NCBI GenBank assembly: GCA_965237785.1
Contig: OZ250159.1
Span: forward strand, 519,989-583,988
Direction of reading: 5' to 3'
From: Candidatus Rariloculaceae bacterium
GTDB lineage: Bacteria > Pseudomonadota > Gammaproteobacteria > Steroidobacterales > Rariloculaceae
Length of the DNA: 64,000 bases
Shown: piece by piece, positions 18,087-26,782 of the stretch
Layout: each line of letters starts with the position of its first letter
Position numbering within the stretch: position 1 is the stretch's first letter
Made by a program: the position numbers and the translations under genes
Notes under the pieces: model-generated
Told to the model about the DNA's origin: nothing
The model's input: the letters and a program-made list of their open reading frames with translations, nothing else
The model's database searches: none

Positions 18087-20768
18087 GTGAACGACGGCCC
18101 GAAGGCGGCCTCCCGGCGGGCGCGCGCGGCGCCGTCGGCGTGGCTGCTGCCTCACCGCATCGCCGTGCCCGAACCGCCCGCGGCGTACTGCCGCCGCGCC
18201 TCGCTCGTGGCCCGCTGCGACCCGACGCGCCGGCGCCTCACCGTGCTCGCCGCGCCGGGCGGCTTCGGCAAGACCACGCTGCTGGCCGCCGCCTGCCGGG
18301 AGGCCGTCGCGCGCGGCGTCCCGGTCGCCTGGCTCGCGCTCGACGGCGAGGACGGCGCCGATGCGCTTGACGCCTACCTCGCCTTTGCCTTCCGCGGCGC
18401 GGGACTGGACGCGCCCGCGCCGCCCGGAGACGCCCGATTGCCCGCCCGGCATCCGCGCACGGCGCTTTTGCTGCGCGGCCTCGGCTCCAGAACCGGTCCC
18501 TGTGTCCTGGCGCTCGACGGACTCGAGCGCGTCGTCGACCCCGGCGCCGTCGAGCTCGTCGGCTACGTGCTGCGCAACGCCCCGCCGTGTCTGCACGTCG
18601 CCGCCGCCTGCCGCGTCTTTCCGCGCGGGCTCGACGCCTGCGGTGCGCTGCTCGACGGGGACGCGGAGATCCTGACGGCGGAGGATCTCGCGTTTTCCAG
18701 GGGGGACATCGCGAGGTTCTTCGGCCTCTCGCTCTCGCGCGGGGAACTGCGCGCCGTCGCCGCCGAATCCCGCGGCTGGCCGATCGCGCTGCGCATCTGG
18801 CGCAACGCCGCCGGGAGAAGGAGCGCCGCGGAGTCGCGCGTCGCCCGCGACGCGGTGAGCACCTGGATCGACGGGCGGTTCTGGGAGGAGTTCGCGGACG
18901 AGGAGCGCGAACTGGTCCTCGATGCGGGCCTCTTCGACTGGATCGATCCGCGTCTCCTCGACGAGGTCGCGGACCGGGCCGGCGCCTGGTCCCGCCTGGC
19001 GGACCTGCCGGGCCTCTCCGGGCTTCTCGAACCGGCCGGACGCGGCGCCCCGGGCGTGCACCGCCTGCATCCGCTGCTGCGCGAGCGCTGCGCGGCGCAC
19101 CGCAGGCGCGAGACGCCCGGCCGTTACCGCGAGATCCACCGCCGCCTCGCCCGGGCGATCGCCGGACGCGGCGAAACCGTGCAGGCGATGCGGCACGCGG
19201 CCGAGGCCGGCGACGCGGCGCTCGGCGGCCGAATCCTGCTCGAAGCCGGCGGGCTGTGGCTCGGGATGCGAGAGGGCGGCCACCGCCTCGTCGCCGCCGA
19301 CCGCTACCTGAGCGCCGGCGCCGTCGCGTCAAGCCCGCGGCTGGCCATGGCCCGGTGCATCGCCCGCGTCATGGACGGGAGGCTGGCCGACGCGCGCCGG
19401 ACCTACGCCGCCGCGGCCCTCCCGCCGCCGGGCTCGGACCCCGACCTCGCCTTCGACGCCCATTACACCCGGGCAGCGCTCTTCCTGAACGGCTGCGAAC
19501 GCCCGTCCGCCGACGAGGCCCGCGCGTACATGGCCCAACTGCACCGCATGGCGGACCTTGCCACGGCCCCGGCGGTGGTCCGCGCCACGATGGCGATGGG
19601 GCTGTGCATCCACGGCAACCTCTACGCCCGGTTCGACGTCGCCGCCGCCGCGGCGCGGCGCGCCCGCGCCATGAGCTCCGGGCGCTCCGCGTACCTCGCG
19701 CTGTTCCTGGACATGCATCTCGGCGAGATCGCCTTGGCGCGGGGCCGCCCGCGCGAGGCCGCGGCCCACTACCGCAGCGCGCGCCGCGCCGCCCGGGCGC
19801 GTTTCCTCGAAGACCCGCGCTTCGCCGCGTACGTGGAGATCCTGACCCTGGAACTGGCGATGGAACGCCGCCGCGCGCCGGGCGCCCGCGACCCGGTCCG
19901 CTTCGCACGCGAGATCTACCGGCGCGCGCCGCAGTTGCCCCAGTACGCGGCCGCCACCGAGGTGGCGCTGGCCTACCTCCTCGACACCGGGGGCGCCGAC
20001 GCCGCCGTCGCGGCCGCGGACCGGATGTGGGAGCAGGCGCGCGACGCCGCCCTTCCGGCGCTGGAGCGGCTGCTGGCGGCGCTGCGCGTGTCGCTGCTCG
20101 CCGACGCCGGGTGCACCGGCGAGGCCGAACGCACCTGGCAGGCGGCGGGCCTGCCGTCGGCGGACGCCGAATGCCTGGATCTCGTGCGCCAGACCTGGCG
20201 CGAAATGGAGGCCGTGGCCTGCGCCCGGCTCAGGCTTCTCGGCGCGCAAGGCGAACGCGGGCCCGCCAGGCGGTTCGCGGCGGCGCTCGACGCGCTGGCG
20301 AAGGACCGGGATCTCGTGCGCACGCGCATGCGCGCGCTGGCGCTGCGGATCCGTCTCGAGCACGGCGCACCCCGCGGGGACCCGCGCCCGCACGTGGCCG
20401 AGTACCTGCGCCTGTACGGCCGCGCCGACTACGCCCGGCCCCTGATCGGCGCGGGCGAGGCGGCGGCGGCGGCGGTCGAGCGGTTCCTGGACACCGAACC
20501 GGACGGGCCGCTCGCGCCGGGCGCCGAGCGCCTCCTCGCCGCCGCCCGGGTTCCCGGGCCCGGGGTGCCGCGCTTCGGCGGCCGGGAAATGGCCGTGCTG
20601 CGCCGCCTCGCCACCCACCAGGACAAGGAGATCGCGGCGGCGATCGGGCTCTCTCCCCACGGCGTGCGCTACCACCTTCGCGCCATCTTCCGCAAGCTCG
20701 GCGTGCACGGGCGCGCCGAGGCCGTCGGGCGCGCCCGCGCGCTGGGCGTGCTGCCGCGCGCGGACTGA
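18087..20768 (+). CDS. MalT-like large ATP-dependent LuxR-family transcriptional regulator (P-loop NTPase + helical repeats + C-terminal LuxR HTH)
   Basis: 893 aa with a GTG start. The Walker A context is LTVLAAPGGFGKTTLLAAA followed by VAWLALDGED. The C-terminal HTH is REMAVLRRLATHQDKEIAAAIGLSPHGVRYHLRAIFRKLGVHGRAEAV. Confidence 0.9.
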   Translation: MNDGPKAASRRARAAPSAWLLPHRIAVPEPPAAYCRRASLVARCDPTRRRLTVLAAPGGFGKTTLLAAACREAVARGVPVAWLALDGEDGADALDAYLAFAFRGAGLDAPAPPGDARLPARHPRTALLLRGLGSRTGPCVLALDGLERVVDPGAVELVGYVLRNAPPCLHVAAACRVFPRGLDACGALLDGDAEILTAEDLAFSRGDIARFFGLSLSRGELRAVAAESRGWPIALRIWRNAAGRRSAAESRVARDAVSTWIDGRFWEEFADEERELVLDAGLFDWIDPRLLDEVADRAGAWSRLADLPGLSGLLEPAGRGAPGVHRLHPLLRERCAAHRRRETPGRYREIHRRLARAIAGRGETVQAMRHAAEAGDAALGGRILLEAGGLWLGMREGGHRLVAADRYLSAGAVASSPRLAMARCIARVMDGRLADARRTYAAAALPPPGSDPDLAFDAHYTRAALFLNGCERPSADEARAYMAQLHRMADLATAPAVVRATMAMGLCIHGNLYARFDVAAAAARRARAMSSGRSAYLALFLDMHLGEIALARGRPREAAAHYRSARRAARARFLEDPRFAAYVEILTLELAMERRRAPGARDPVRFAREIYRRAPQLPQYAAATEVALAYLLDTGGADAAVAAADRMWEQARDAALPALERLLAALRVSLLADAGCTGEAERTWQAAGLPSADAECLDLVRQTWREMEAVACARLRLLGAQGERGPARRFAAALDALAKDRDLVRTRMRALALRIRLEHGAPRGDPRPHVAEYLRLYGRADYARPLIGAGEAAAAAVERFLDTEPDGPLAPGAERLLAAARVPGPGVPRFGGREMAVLRRLATHQDKEIAAAIGLSPHGVRYHLRAIFRKLGVHGRAEAVGRARALGVLPRAD

Positions 20769-21075
20769 CCCCCGCGCGCCTCCCGGGCCGCCCCTGGTAG
20801 TGGGCCGGAACCTGCAGTCCGCCGCGCCCGCCCGGGCCCTGCCGCGCGCGTGAGCCCCCGCCCGAGCGGGGCGCCGCGGGCCGCGCGCAAACCGCCGCCC
20901 CACGCGGCCTGCGGCGCTTCCCTGGCGGGTGCGGACGCCCTGGCGGGTGCGGACGCCGCCGCCGTCCGCCCCGCCGACGCGCGCCCGTTGCGCCGAGCGT
21001 GACGCCCTTCCAATCGGGCGGGACGGCGCCGACCATGCGCCCACGACCGCACCGGGGAACGACCCGCGGACCCGC

Positions 21076-22053
21076 ATGCCGCCCGAGCAGCCATACCTTC
21101 CGGCGATCGCCGGTCCGAACGCCACCGCAACCGCGGAGCGTCTCGCCGCCTGGGCCGAGGCGGCCGGGGGCGCGTTGAGCCGGAACACCGTTCGGGCGCT
21201 GCGCTCGGATCTCGCCCTCTACGCCACGTGGTGCCGCGAGCGCGATCTTGAGGCGCTGCCCGCCGAGGGCGCCACCGTGGCCGCCTACATCGATCACGCC
21301 TCCGCCGGGCGGGCCCCGGGCACGGTGCGCCGGTACGTCGCAAGCATCGCGACGGCGCACGGGGCCCTCGGCGGCCGCGGGCTGTCCCGGAACCCGGAGG
21401 TGAAGCTCGCCCTGCAGCGCATGTACCGCCGCAACGGGCGCCGCCAGCGCCAGGCCCGCGGCCTCGTCTGGCCGCTGCGCCGGCGCATGCTCGCCGCCGC
21501 CGGCGACCGGCTCATCGACGCCCGCGACCGCGCCCTGCTCAGCGTGGCTTACGACGCCCTGCTGCGCCGCTCGGAACTGGTCGCGTTGCTTGTGGAGGAC
21601 CTCGACGTCTCGGTGCCCGGCCGCGCGACCGTGCTGGTCCGGCGCGGCAAGACCGACCCGGACGGCGCCGGCGACGCACTGTATCTGGCGCGCGACACGG
21701 TGGCGACGGTGCTCGAATGGCTCGGGCGCGGCGACATCCATGACGGCTTTCTGTTCCGGTCGGTCGCCAAGGGGGGCCGCGTCGGCGAGAGTCTGGACGC
21801 GAGCCAGGTGCCGCGCATCTTCAAGGCGATGGCACGGCGCGCGGGGCTGCCCGCCGATGTCGCCGCGTCCCTTTCCGGGCACAGCGCCCGCGTCGGCGCC
21901 GCCCAGGACATGATCGCCGCCGGCATCGGGCTGCCCGCCATCCTGCAGGCCGGGCGGTGGAAGACCACGGCCATGGTGAGCCGGTACGGGGAACGGCTGC
22001 TGCCGGGCCGCAGCGGCGCCGCGCAGCTCGCCCGTTTGCAGCGGCGCGATTGA
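21076..22053 (+). CDS. Cre-like tyrosine site-specific recombinase (copy 2, paralog of 16816..17880)
   Basis: Track ORF 20929..22053. The internal ATG at 21076 (MPPEQPYL) aligns with the N-terminus of copy 1. The catalytic region is LSGHSARVGAAQDMIAAGIGLPAILQAGRWKTTAMVSRYGERL. Both copies end in SGAAQLARLQ. Alignment by eye suggests roughly 60 percent identity. Confidence 0.9.
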   Translation: MPPEQPYLPAIAGPNATATAERLAAWAEAAGGALSRNTVRALRSDLALYATWCRERDLEALPAEGATVAAYIDHASAGRAPGTVRRYVASIATAHGALGGRGLSRNPEVKLALQRMYRRNGRRQRQARGLVWPLRRRMLAAAGDRLIDARDRALLSVAYDALLRRSELVALLVEDLDVSVPGRATVLVRRGKTDPDGAGDALYLARDTVATVLEWLGRGDIHDGFLFRSVAKGGRVGESLDASQVPRIFKAMARRAGLPADVAASLSGHSARVGAAQDMIAAGIGLPAILQAGRWKTTAMVSRYGERLLPGRSGAAQLARLQRRD

Positions 22054-22423
22054 GGGGGTACGCGGGCGGCGGTGCCGGGCCGGGCGGCTCGGCGCGGGTG
22101 ACCGATGGCGCTCCTGTGGGTCGCATCGACGGTCAAGACCTCGCAGCGGGGGATGGTACGCAATTTTGCGGTCAATTCGCGGAGGGTGTCCCATTCGATT
22201 GTTTTTTCCCAGCAAGACGGAGACAGGATGACGGCGCGCACCCTTTCCGGTGAGAATCTCCGGACAAACTCCTTGATCGCTTCCTCTTGGAGCCGGCGAA
22301 GTTTGAGTAACCATGGTCTCTCGGGCGGCAAGGGTCGCTTTGGGTAGTCCCATAGAGCGCGACCGACGTGCCTATCGTGGCCATCGGAGCTTGGCGCGCA
22401 GCGATGGCGGGCAGTAATGGCGC

Positions 22424-24156
22424 TAGCTAGTTCTTGTCCGTAAAGTCCTAATGGGTTGATTTAAATGGACAAACAGGCGTTTTGAGGTAGTGGAAAACCG
22501 GCGTTTCGGCTATTCTTGTCTTGGATTCGAAGCCAAACGCGGAAAACCGAGAACGCCGGAGGTACCATGCGCGCGAAACGCACCGCACAAACAAGTTTAT
22601 TCGATCCGCCCGCCATTGACCATCCGCTCGCGGACGGGTTGGAACGGGCGTCGGTCTGGTTGGACGAACACCCGGAGTTGCTGGACGAGATCGCCGCCGA
22701 TCTGGGTGCCGATACGGGGGCGTCGCGCGGTCGCCACGGGCTGACCTGCGAGACGATTCTGCGTTGCGCGGTTCTGAAGCATCTGCGCCAGGAGACCTGC
22801 CGGGGACTGGAGTTTGCGTTGCGGGACTCGCGTTCGGCGCAGCGCTTCGCGCGCGTGGACACGGCGCGCCTGCCGAAGAAGTCGGCGCTGCAGGCGACGC
22901 TGGGCGCGGTGCGCGCGACGACCTGGGAGCGCATCAATCGGCACTTGCTTGGCGCGGCGAGCGCGGCGGGGGTCGAAACCGGAAAGCGGTTACGCATCGA
23001 CAGCACGGTGACCCATACGCATGTCCTGGAACCCGCCGACAGCCGCCTGCTGTACGACGGGATACGCGTACTGACACGGTTGCTCGGCACGGCGCGCAAG
23101 CGCTTGGGGCCGCAAGTCGTGGTGTTCCACGATCACCGTCGGGCGGCCAAGCGGCGCACGTTGGAGATCGGGTCGCGACGCGGCGCGGCCCGGCGCGCGA
23201 AGACCTACCGCAAGTTGTTGCGATTGGCGCAGCGCACGCTGGGCTACGCCGAGGGGGCGTTGCCGGCGGTGGCGGGCGCGGCGCCGCCGTGGGCCGTGTC
23301 ATGGACACAAAACGTCAGCGAAACCAGCGACTTGCTGCGCCGTGTCGTGGACCAAACGCAGCGCCGCGTGTTCCAAGGCGAGACGGTGCCGGCGACGGAG
23401 AAGGTACTGAGCCTGTTCGAGCCGCACACGGACATTATCGTCAAGGGCGGTCGCGGCACGCACTACGGTCACAAGGTCAACTTCGCCACCGGGCGCAGCG
23501 GACTGGTGCTCGACACGGTGGTGGAGAAGGGCAATCCGGCCGACAGCGCGCGCTGCCTGCCGATGCTCGAGCGGCATATCGAACACTACGGCACGGCGCC
23601 GACGCACGCGGCCTTCGACGGCGGCTACGCGTCGCGCGAGAACCTCAAGCAGGCCAAGGCGCTGGGCGTGACCCATGCGATGTTCCACAAGAAACGCGGC
23701 ATGAAAGAGACCGACATGACCCCCTCGCCGTGGGTGTACCGGCAACTCAAGCGCTTCCGCGCCGGTATCGAGGCGGGTATCTCCTACCTGAAACGCTGCT
23801 TCGGTCTCGGCCTGTGCCGCTGGCGCGGCTGGCCGCGCTTCCAGGCCTACGTGCACTCGGCCGTGTTCGCCCACAACCTGATGCGCCTCGTGCGACCGCC
23901 CCCGCGGCCCGCCTGACGCCTTCCGCCAGCCATCGCCGTGTACCGGTTCAAGCAGACCGGTGAGCGACCGTGCCCGAGGCCTGAAAATCGACGCTTTGCG
24001 CGGCCAAACGCAAGGCCGCGGTGACGCTCGACGGGCGCAAGCCCGTGCCGAATCTGCCTTTTTTGCCAACCAACCGGACTTGTGGGAAAATGCGAGGTCG
24101 CTTCCGACTCAACCACTCCACTTCGAAACCCGCCGTTTACGGACAAGAACAAGCTA
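22424..24156 (+). mobile_element. Insertion sequence, 1733 bp, 21-bp terminal inverted repeats (1 mismatch), AGCT flanking duplication
   Basis: IRL is 22424-22444 (tagctagttcttgtccgtaaa). IRR is 24136-24156, whose reverse complement is tagcttgttcttgtccgtaaa. AGCT occurs at both junctions, and because it is palindromic the exact IR/TSD boundary is ambiguous. The element has a single DDE transposase ORF. Confidence 0.85.
22567..23916 (+). CDS. DDE transposase (IS4 superfamily; IS5/IS1182/ISNCY-like)
   Basis: ATG at 22567 (MRAKRTAQTSLFDPP). Motifs are RIDSTVTHTHVLEPADSRLLYDG, AFDGGYASRENL and the C-terminal RFRAGIEAGISYLKRCFGLGLCRWRGW...AHNL. The family assignment is from memory of these motifs and is not verified. 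Confidence 0.85.
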   Translation: MRAKRTAQTSLFDPPAIDHPLADGLERASVWLDEHPELLDEIAADLGADTGASRGRHGLTCETILRCAVLKHLRQETCRGLEFALRDSRSAQRFARVDTARLPKKSALQATLGAVRATTWERINRHLLGAASAAGVETGKRLRIDSTVTHTHVLEPADSRLLYDGIRVLTRLLGTARKRLGPQVVVFHDHRRAAKRRTLEIGSRRGAARRAKTYRKLLRLAQRTLGYAEGALPAVAGAAPPWAVSWTQNVSETSDLLRRVVDQTQRRVFQGETVPATEKVLSLFEPHTDIIVKGGRGTHYGHKVNFATGRSGLVLDTVVEKGNPADSARCLPMLERHIEHYGTAPTHAAFDGGYASRENLKQAKALGVTHAMFHKKRGMKETDMTPSPWVYRQLKRFRAGIEAGISYLKRCFGLGLCRWRGWPRFQAYVHSAVFAHNLMRLVRPPPRPA

Positions 24157-25483
24157 CCTCCACCAAGTCTGGGAAAAGGCTATCACGAGTTATGTTGAGC
24201 ATGCGCAGTTCGTTGAGGATTATCGGTTTGGCCACGGCGGGGATAGTCCATGTGAGCTGCCCGTACACAGGCGTGTCGCAGGGGCAACGCGAGATGATGG
24301 ACTGCTCGAAGCGTTCGTGGAACGCGGAAAGGAAGAACGCACCGGATTGAGCACTTATCCTGTTGAAGGAACATCTAGGTTCCACTACGAACACACGAAA
24401 TAGATCTCTCGGGTCAATGGATTGACGGAAGTGGGGTTTCTCTTGGCCGATATGGTGGTAGAGCTTGGCCATTGCGCGACCGTAGTTCCCCGTGGCCGCG
24501 CGCCTCTTGCCGAGAAGCGTGCTCTGTTCGGCGAATGAGAGCTTGGCGAAGTTGGCGACTATGGAGATGGAGTCGCTGTCGTAGGACTTCACGAGTGCAG
24601 GCGGAACGGCGAAGACATGAAGCTGACCATCGGCATCGACCCCGGGGGTAGTTTCGCACGCGAAGAATAGCGCAACCAACGGATTCTTGGTTACGTCGAG
24701 GAGACGCGTCCTGAGACCGTGATGCTGGGCCAGCACCCATTGCTCGAGCGCGAGTTCGACCTCACCGAAATCGTGGGGACGGCGGGTGATGAGTTCGGTC
24801 AGCATGCGGCCTTCCGCTTTTCGATGTGGGAGAGTGCGTTGCACGGATGGCCTTAGCTTCCAGGGTCGAACCTCGCCGCGGAAGTAAAGGCGAGACGCAG
24901 ATTCGGTGGTTTGGTCTTGAAGGTCGTTACACAGGCTGATCATGTCGGAGACGGACAAGACCGTAGCTTGTTTGGAGCGGATGGTAGGAGTCGGTAGCGA
25001 GCCTCTGTCGAACAGGAAGGCTCGCCAAGGGGCCGCGTAGGAGAAATCGACGTCCACAAGGTCAGCGTTATCAAGCCGTGCGCCATCGAGTCTCGTCTGC
25101 GTGAGGTTGGCTCCGCGGAGATTGGCGTAGGGGAATGCCGCTCCCTGGAGGTCTGCGCCGCAGAGGTCAGCACCTTGTAAGTTGGCACTGCCGAATCGAG
25201 CCGCGCGAAAGTCGTAGCCTATGGGTACAGCTCTGAAGTTCGCATCTCTCAGATTGCAGTCGCCAAACTCGGCTCTAGGGTAGGAAACCAGCGTGTCGAA
25301 AGTCTGTCCGACATCCGGGTCCCAACGCCGACGAGCGCGGAACCCGAGATCCTCACCGCTGAGGTCGGCAAAGTACTGGGCGTCGCTGCTGGTCGCCTGT
25401 GCGCCGTAAATTCGGTCTTCCAGGACAGTGTTCCACGCGTCCACGCCCTGTTCGAAGAGCCTTAGGTCATCGGGGTCGCTCAT
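24137..25483 (-). CDS. Pentapeptide-repeat / FRG-domain fusion protein; native 3' end replaced by the IS terminal repeat
   Basis: The N-terminal half has pentapeptide repeats (ANLQGADLCGADLQGAAFPYANLRGANLTQTRLDGARLDNADL). The C-terminal half has FRG-domain hallmarks (LYFRGEVRPWKLRPSV, AQHHGLRTRLLDVTKNPLVALFFA, ISAQSGAFF). The last codons (A C S C P stop) lie inside IRR 24136-24156. Confidence 0.8.
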   Translation of the reverse strand: MSDPDDLRLFEQGVDAWNTVLEDRIYGAQATSSDAQYFADLSGEDLGFRARRRWDPDVGQTFDTLVSYPRAEFGDCNLRDANFRAVPIGYDFRAARFGSANLQGADLCGADLQGAAFPYANLRGANLTQTRLDGARLDNADLVDVDFSYAAPWRAFLFDRGSLPTPTIRSKQATVLSVSDMISLCNDLQDQTTESASRLYFRGEVRPWKLRPSVQRTLPHRKAEGRMLTELITRRPHDFGEVELALEQWVLAQHHGLRTRLLDVTKNPLVALFFACETTPGVDADGQLHVFAVPPALVKSYDSDSISIVANFAKLSFAEQSTLLGKRRAATGNYGRAMAKLYHHIGQEKPHFRQSIDPRDLFRVFVVEPRCSFNRISAQSGAFFLSAFHERFEQSIISRCPCDTPVYGQLTWTIPAVAKPIILNELRMLNITRDSLFPDLVEVACSCP

Positions 25484-25808
25484 CCAGCATAGCTTATGGG
25501 ATCAGGTCGTTTGGCACCAAGGAAAAGGGGAAGATGACTGGGTGGAGGGGCCGGTGGTGGCAGGGTTGTGAGTCGCCCGCTCATGGAATCGAGCATTAGT
25601 CGCTGGTGGGAGCTGAAGGGTGCCGGGACGGGATGGTTGTTATGGAGGCGGCCTGAGAGAAGCGCTCAAAACGAAAGATCATGGTGAGGTACCCGGGACG
25701 AGGCGTCGAGGGGACTCCGGGAAAGTCGGGGCGGTCAGTACTAGAATAGAATATATAAGTACATTACGTTTGTGTCGAGCAGGTATTCCACCGGTCAAGA
25801 ACGGACGT

Positions 25809-26021
25809 TCAAAACCGGACGTCGCGTCCCGGTATCGATTCACGCGTGTCCGCGAACAACGCATCGGGATCGAGCGCGAGATGCGCCAGGTCGGTGTCTT
25901 GCGAGAATTTGCGATAGGCCTCCGCGAATCCCCGGCGTCCCGCCGAGAGCTGCTGGTACTGCCGGCGTCCTACGAGCACCGCGACCAGTTCGCCGCGCCG
26001 CCGTTTTCCACCCGACATCAT
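25809..26021 (-). pseudogene. Type II antitoxin remnant (Phd/YefM- or VapB-like), N-terminally truncated or frameshifted
   Basis: GELVAVLVGRRQYQQL, followed by FAEAYRKFSQDTDLAHLALDPDALFADTRESIPGRDV, resembles the antitoxin core and tail. The expected N-terminal about 25 aa are absent from this frame. Just downstream only a 14-codon PIN-like start (SVLDRWNTCSTQT stop) remains. Confidence 0.4.
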
Positions 26022-26241
26022 CAGTTACGCAGTCTGGTTGTACCATCGATTCCTGGGCGTGCATTCGGCGGTACAGAACCTGTTCAATTTGGGTCGCCAC
26101 AGGGTCAGGGCCAGCCAAACTCGTGATTTGAGACAGGGCGCCTTTGCGTTTTGGATTCAGGTCACGACAATCTGACGATCTGGAAATCGGGTTTCCCCAG
26201 CTTGAAGAAGTTGATTTGGCAATACCATCGCGAGCACTAAT

Positions 26242-26409
26242 ATGATCCGGCTCTACTTGGCATCTCGTTCGCCCCGGCGGCGGGAACTCCTGGCCGGACT
26301 CGGTTACCGGTTCACCGTGCTGAATGCCGGCGTCGATGAAACCCGGGCGGCTGGTGAGCCGCCTTCCCGCTATGTGGAGCGAATGGCGCGGGAGAAAGCG
26401 CTTGCCGGC
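26242..26409 (+). pseudogene. maf: maf (nucleoside triphosphate pyrophosphatase) N-terminal fragment
   Basis: [56 protein letters not shown] matches the Maf N-terminus (ASxSPRRxELL...DE...YVxRLAxEKA). Beyond about 26410 the ORF loses all Maf similarity and stops at 26529. Full-length Maf is about 190-200 aa. Confidence 0.75.
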
Positions 26410-26557
26410 TTTGGTCTTGCCTTGCGTGATCCGGCGGTGGCTGGCGACGAATCGGTGCGCGCGGTGGTCGGGCTGCCCCTGCCCGAAACCGTCGAACTGC
26501 TTGGGCGAACGGGCGTACCGTTCTTGTGACAACTCGGTATTCAGCGACTCGTGCTGG

Positions 26558-26782
26558 TCATCTGCGGTGGACTACCGCTCCACCAATCGCGGCGCTCGCT
26601 GCGGACTCGGTGTAATCGACCACGGTGACCGAATACCGGCTTGCGCCCTGGCTCGCCGTGTAGATGCGTGCAGGCAGAATTGCGCGATACTCCGACAGGT
26701 AGGTCGTCTCGGTGATTACGGGTTCAGCGGGAAGGTTTACGACGAAGCGATCGGCGAGGTTCGCGTATTCGATCCATCCTTG
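26558..26782 (-). pseudogene. Fragment paralogous to the C-terminal domain of the 62479..63411 protein
   Basis: GWIEYANLADRFVVNLPAEPVITETTYLSEYRAILPARIYTASQGASRYSVTVVDYTES aligns with WTNIAYPDQLFSANFPSEPTIGKAPYLSEYGGTFPSTIYEAQEGDNYYSVTVVDFSEA. There is no signal peptide or N-domain, and the similarity ends abruptly. Confidence 0.6.

Noticed and set aside
17881-21075. lox-like 13-8-13 recombination sites for the Cre-like recombinases
   Set aside because: I found only short GC-rich imperfect palindromes (for example ccgcgagttccccgtcgcgg near 17925), which are expected by chance in this composition. No motif is shared between the four candidate regions.
17826-22353. Overlapping 360-740-aa ORFs in the recombinase/LuxR cassette (17826..19283, 18238..19332, 18587..20800, 19329..21188, 20230..22353)
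   Set aside because: They are extreme Arg/Pro/Gly composition with no motifs. They are alternative or antisense frames of genes that have clear motif-bearing translations, so they are artefacts of about 80 percent GC.
25840-26532. 230-aa minus-strand ORF spanning the antitoxin remnant and the maf fragment
   Set aside because: Its translation is basic and of low complexity. It overlaps two regions whose other frames show real family similarity, and it crosses an obvious breakpoint.
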